A stretch of 64,000 nt of DNA from a virus, in the IMG/VR virus record IMGVR_UViG_3300031992_000093, positions 676-64,675 of that record; one strand, 5' to 3'. A program made the position numbers and the translations under genes. Every line of letters starts with the position of its first letter. Position 1 is the first letter of the stretch. The notes below the pieces were generated by a model. It saw only the letters and a program-made list of their open reading frames with translations, was not told where the DNA came from and made no database searches. This document shows positions 63,684 to 64,000 of the stretch, piece after piece.

Positions 63684-64000
63684 TTAATCGGTTTTGTTGT
63701 CAGGCAATGTTTTGGCCCACGCATCGGCATCATCCTCCATTGCCTTTTGAGAGGATGATAAGATGTCTGCCTTTTCGGCTGGCATCAGTTTGTTGGTGAC
63801 CAGATCCTGCTTGTATTCCTTCAACTCCTTCTCGATGTCAGCGTCATCGGCAATGCTGAAACGCTTCATCAGGAAGCCGGGGATTCCAAGCTCTTTCGCT
63901 TTCAGATTGATGGCGGCCGTGCGCTCGCCCTTGGCCTTCTCGGACTTCAGCGCGGCATTTTCATCCTGCAGGTCCTTGATGGCCTTGTCGTTCTGCTTCT
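63684..64000 (-). CDS. Capsid scaffolding protein (5'-truncated by the window edge)
   Basis: Open frame from the edge: KQNDKAIKDLQDENAALKSEKAKGERTAAINLKAKELGIPGFLMKRF... Confidence 0.7.
   Translation of the reverse strand, partial: KQNDKAIKDLQDENAALKSEKAKGERTAAINLKAKELGIPGFLMKRFSIADDADIEKELKEYKQDLVTNKLMPAEKADILSSSQKAMEDDADAWAKTLPDNKTD

Larger units (their letters stand above)
1..64000. mobile_element. Temperate siphovirus-like Bacteroidota phage, near-complete, excised/circularly permuted form
   Basis: Terminase, portal, capsid, tail, tape measure, lysis, integrase, repressor and replication genes are all present and no host housekeeping genes are seen. The att core lies internally, between int and lysis. 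The head module is split across the two window ends. Confidence 0.95.

Overview
The window is almost the whole genome of a temperate, long-tailed (siphovirus-like) phage of a Bacteroidota host, probably Prevotella/Bacteroidales (TAnnTTTG promoters, typical gene families). It is in the excised or circularly permuted state, with an intact attP between the integrase and lysis genes. Only the 5' part of the scaffold gene runs off the right edge. Modules, left to right: a small + strand early cassette (156-3032); MuF, portal and terminase (3146-8182); a PP-loop/ParB/sodium:solute-symporter cluster (8187-13443); the early replication and recombination operon (13525-29543); the immunity switch (29316-30741); an iteron array (30780-31120); integrase and attP, whose core is the 3' end of mnmE/trmE (31123-32573); lysis (32689-34435); a diversity-generating retroelement (DGR; RT 34934-36244, TR 36466-36580); tail (36653-60283); neck and head (60306-64000). 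Most notable observations: (1) a promoter-and-terminator-bounded ~70-nt RNA beside attP that is antisense, mostly via perfect or G-U pairing, to the start-codon regions of at least five phage genes; (2) a DGR that diversifies both the tail adhesin and a second, non-structural gene 12 kb away; (3) a MuF C-terminal nuclease-like domain facing a small RNA that resembles a tRNA-Cys anticodon arm; (4) a symporter fused through an internal signal peptide to a probable outer-membrane barrel; (5) a D-stem-less tRNA-like element in the tail operon; (6) an origin-like iteron array 8 kb from its initiator gene. All protein family calls come from motif recognition, not database searches.
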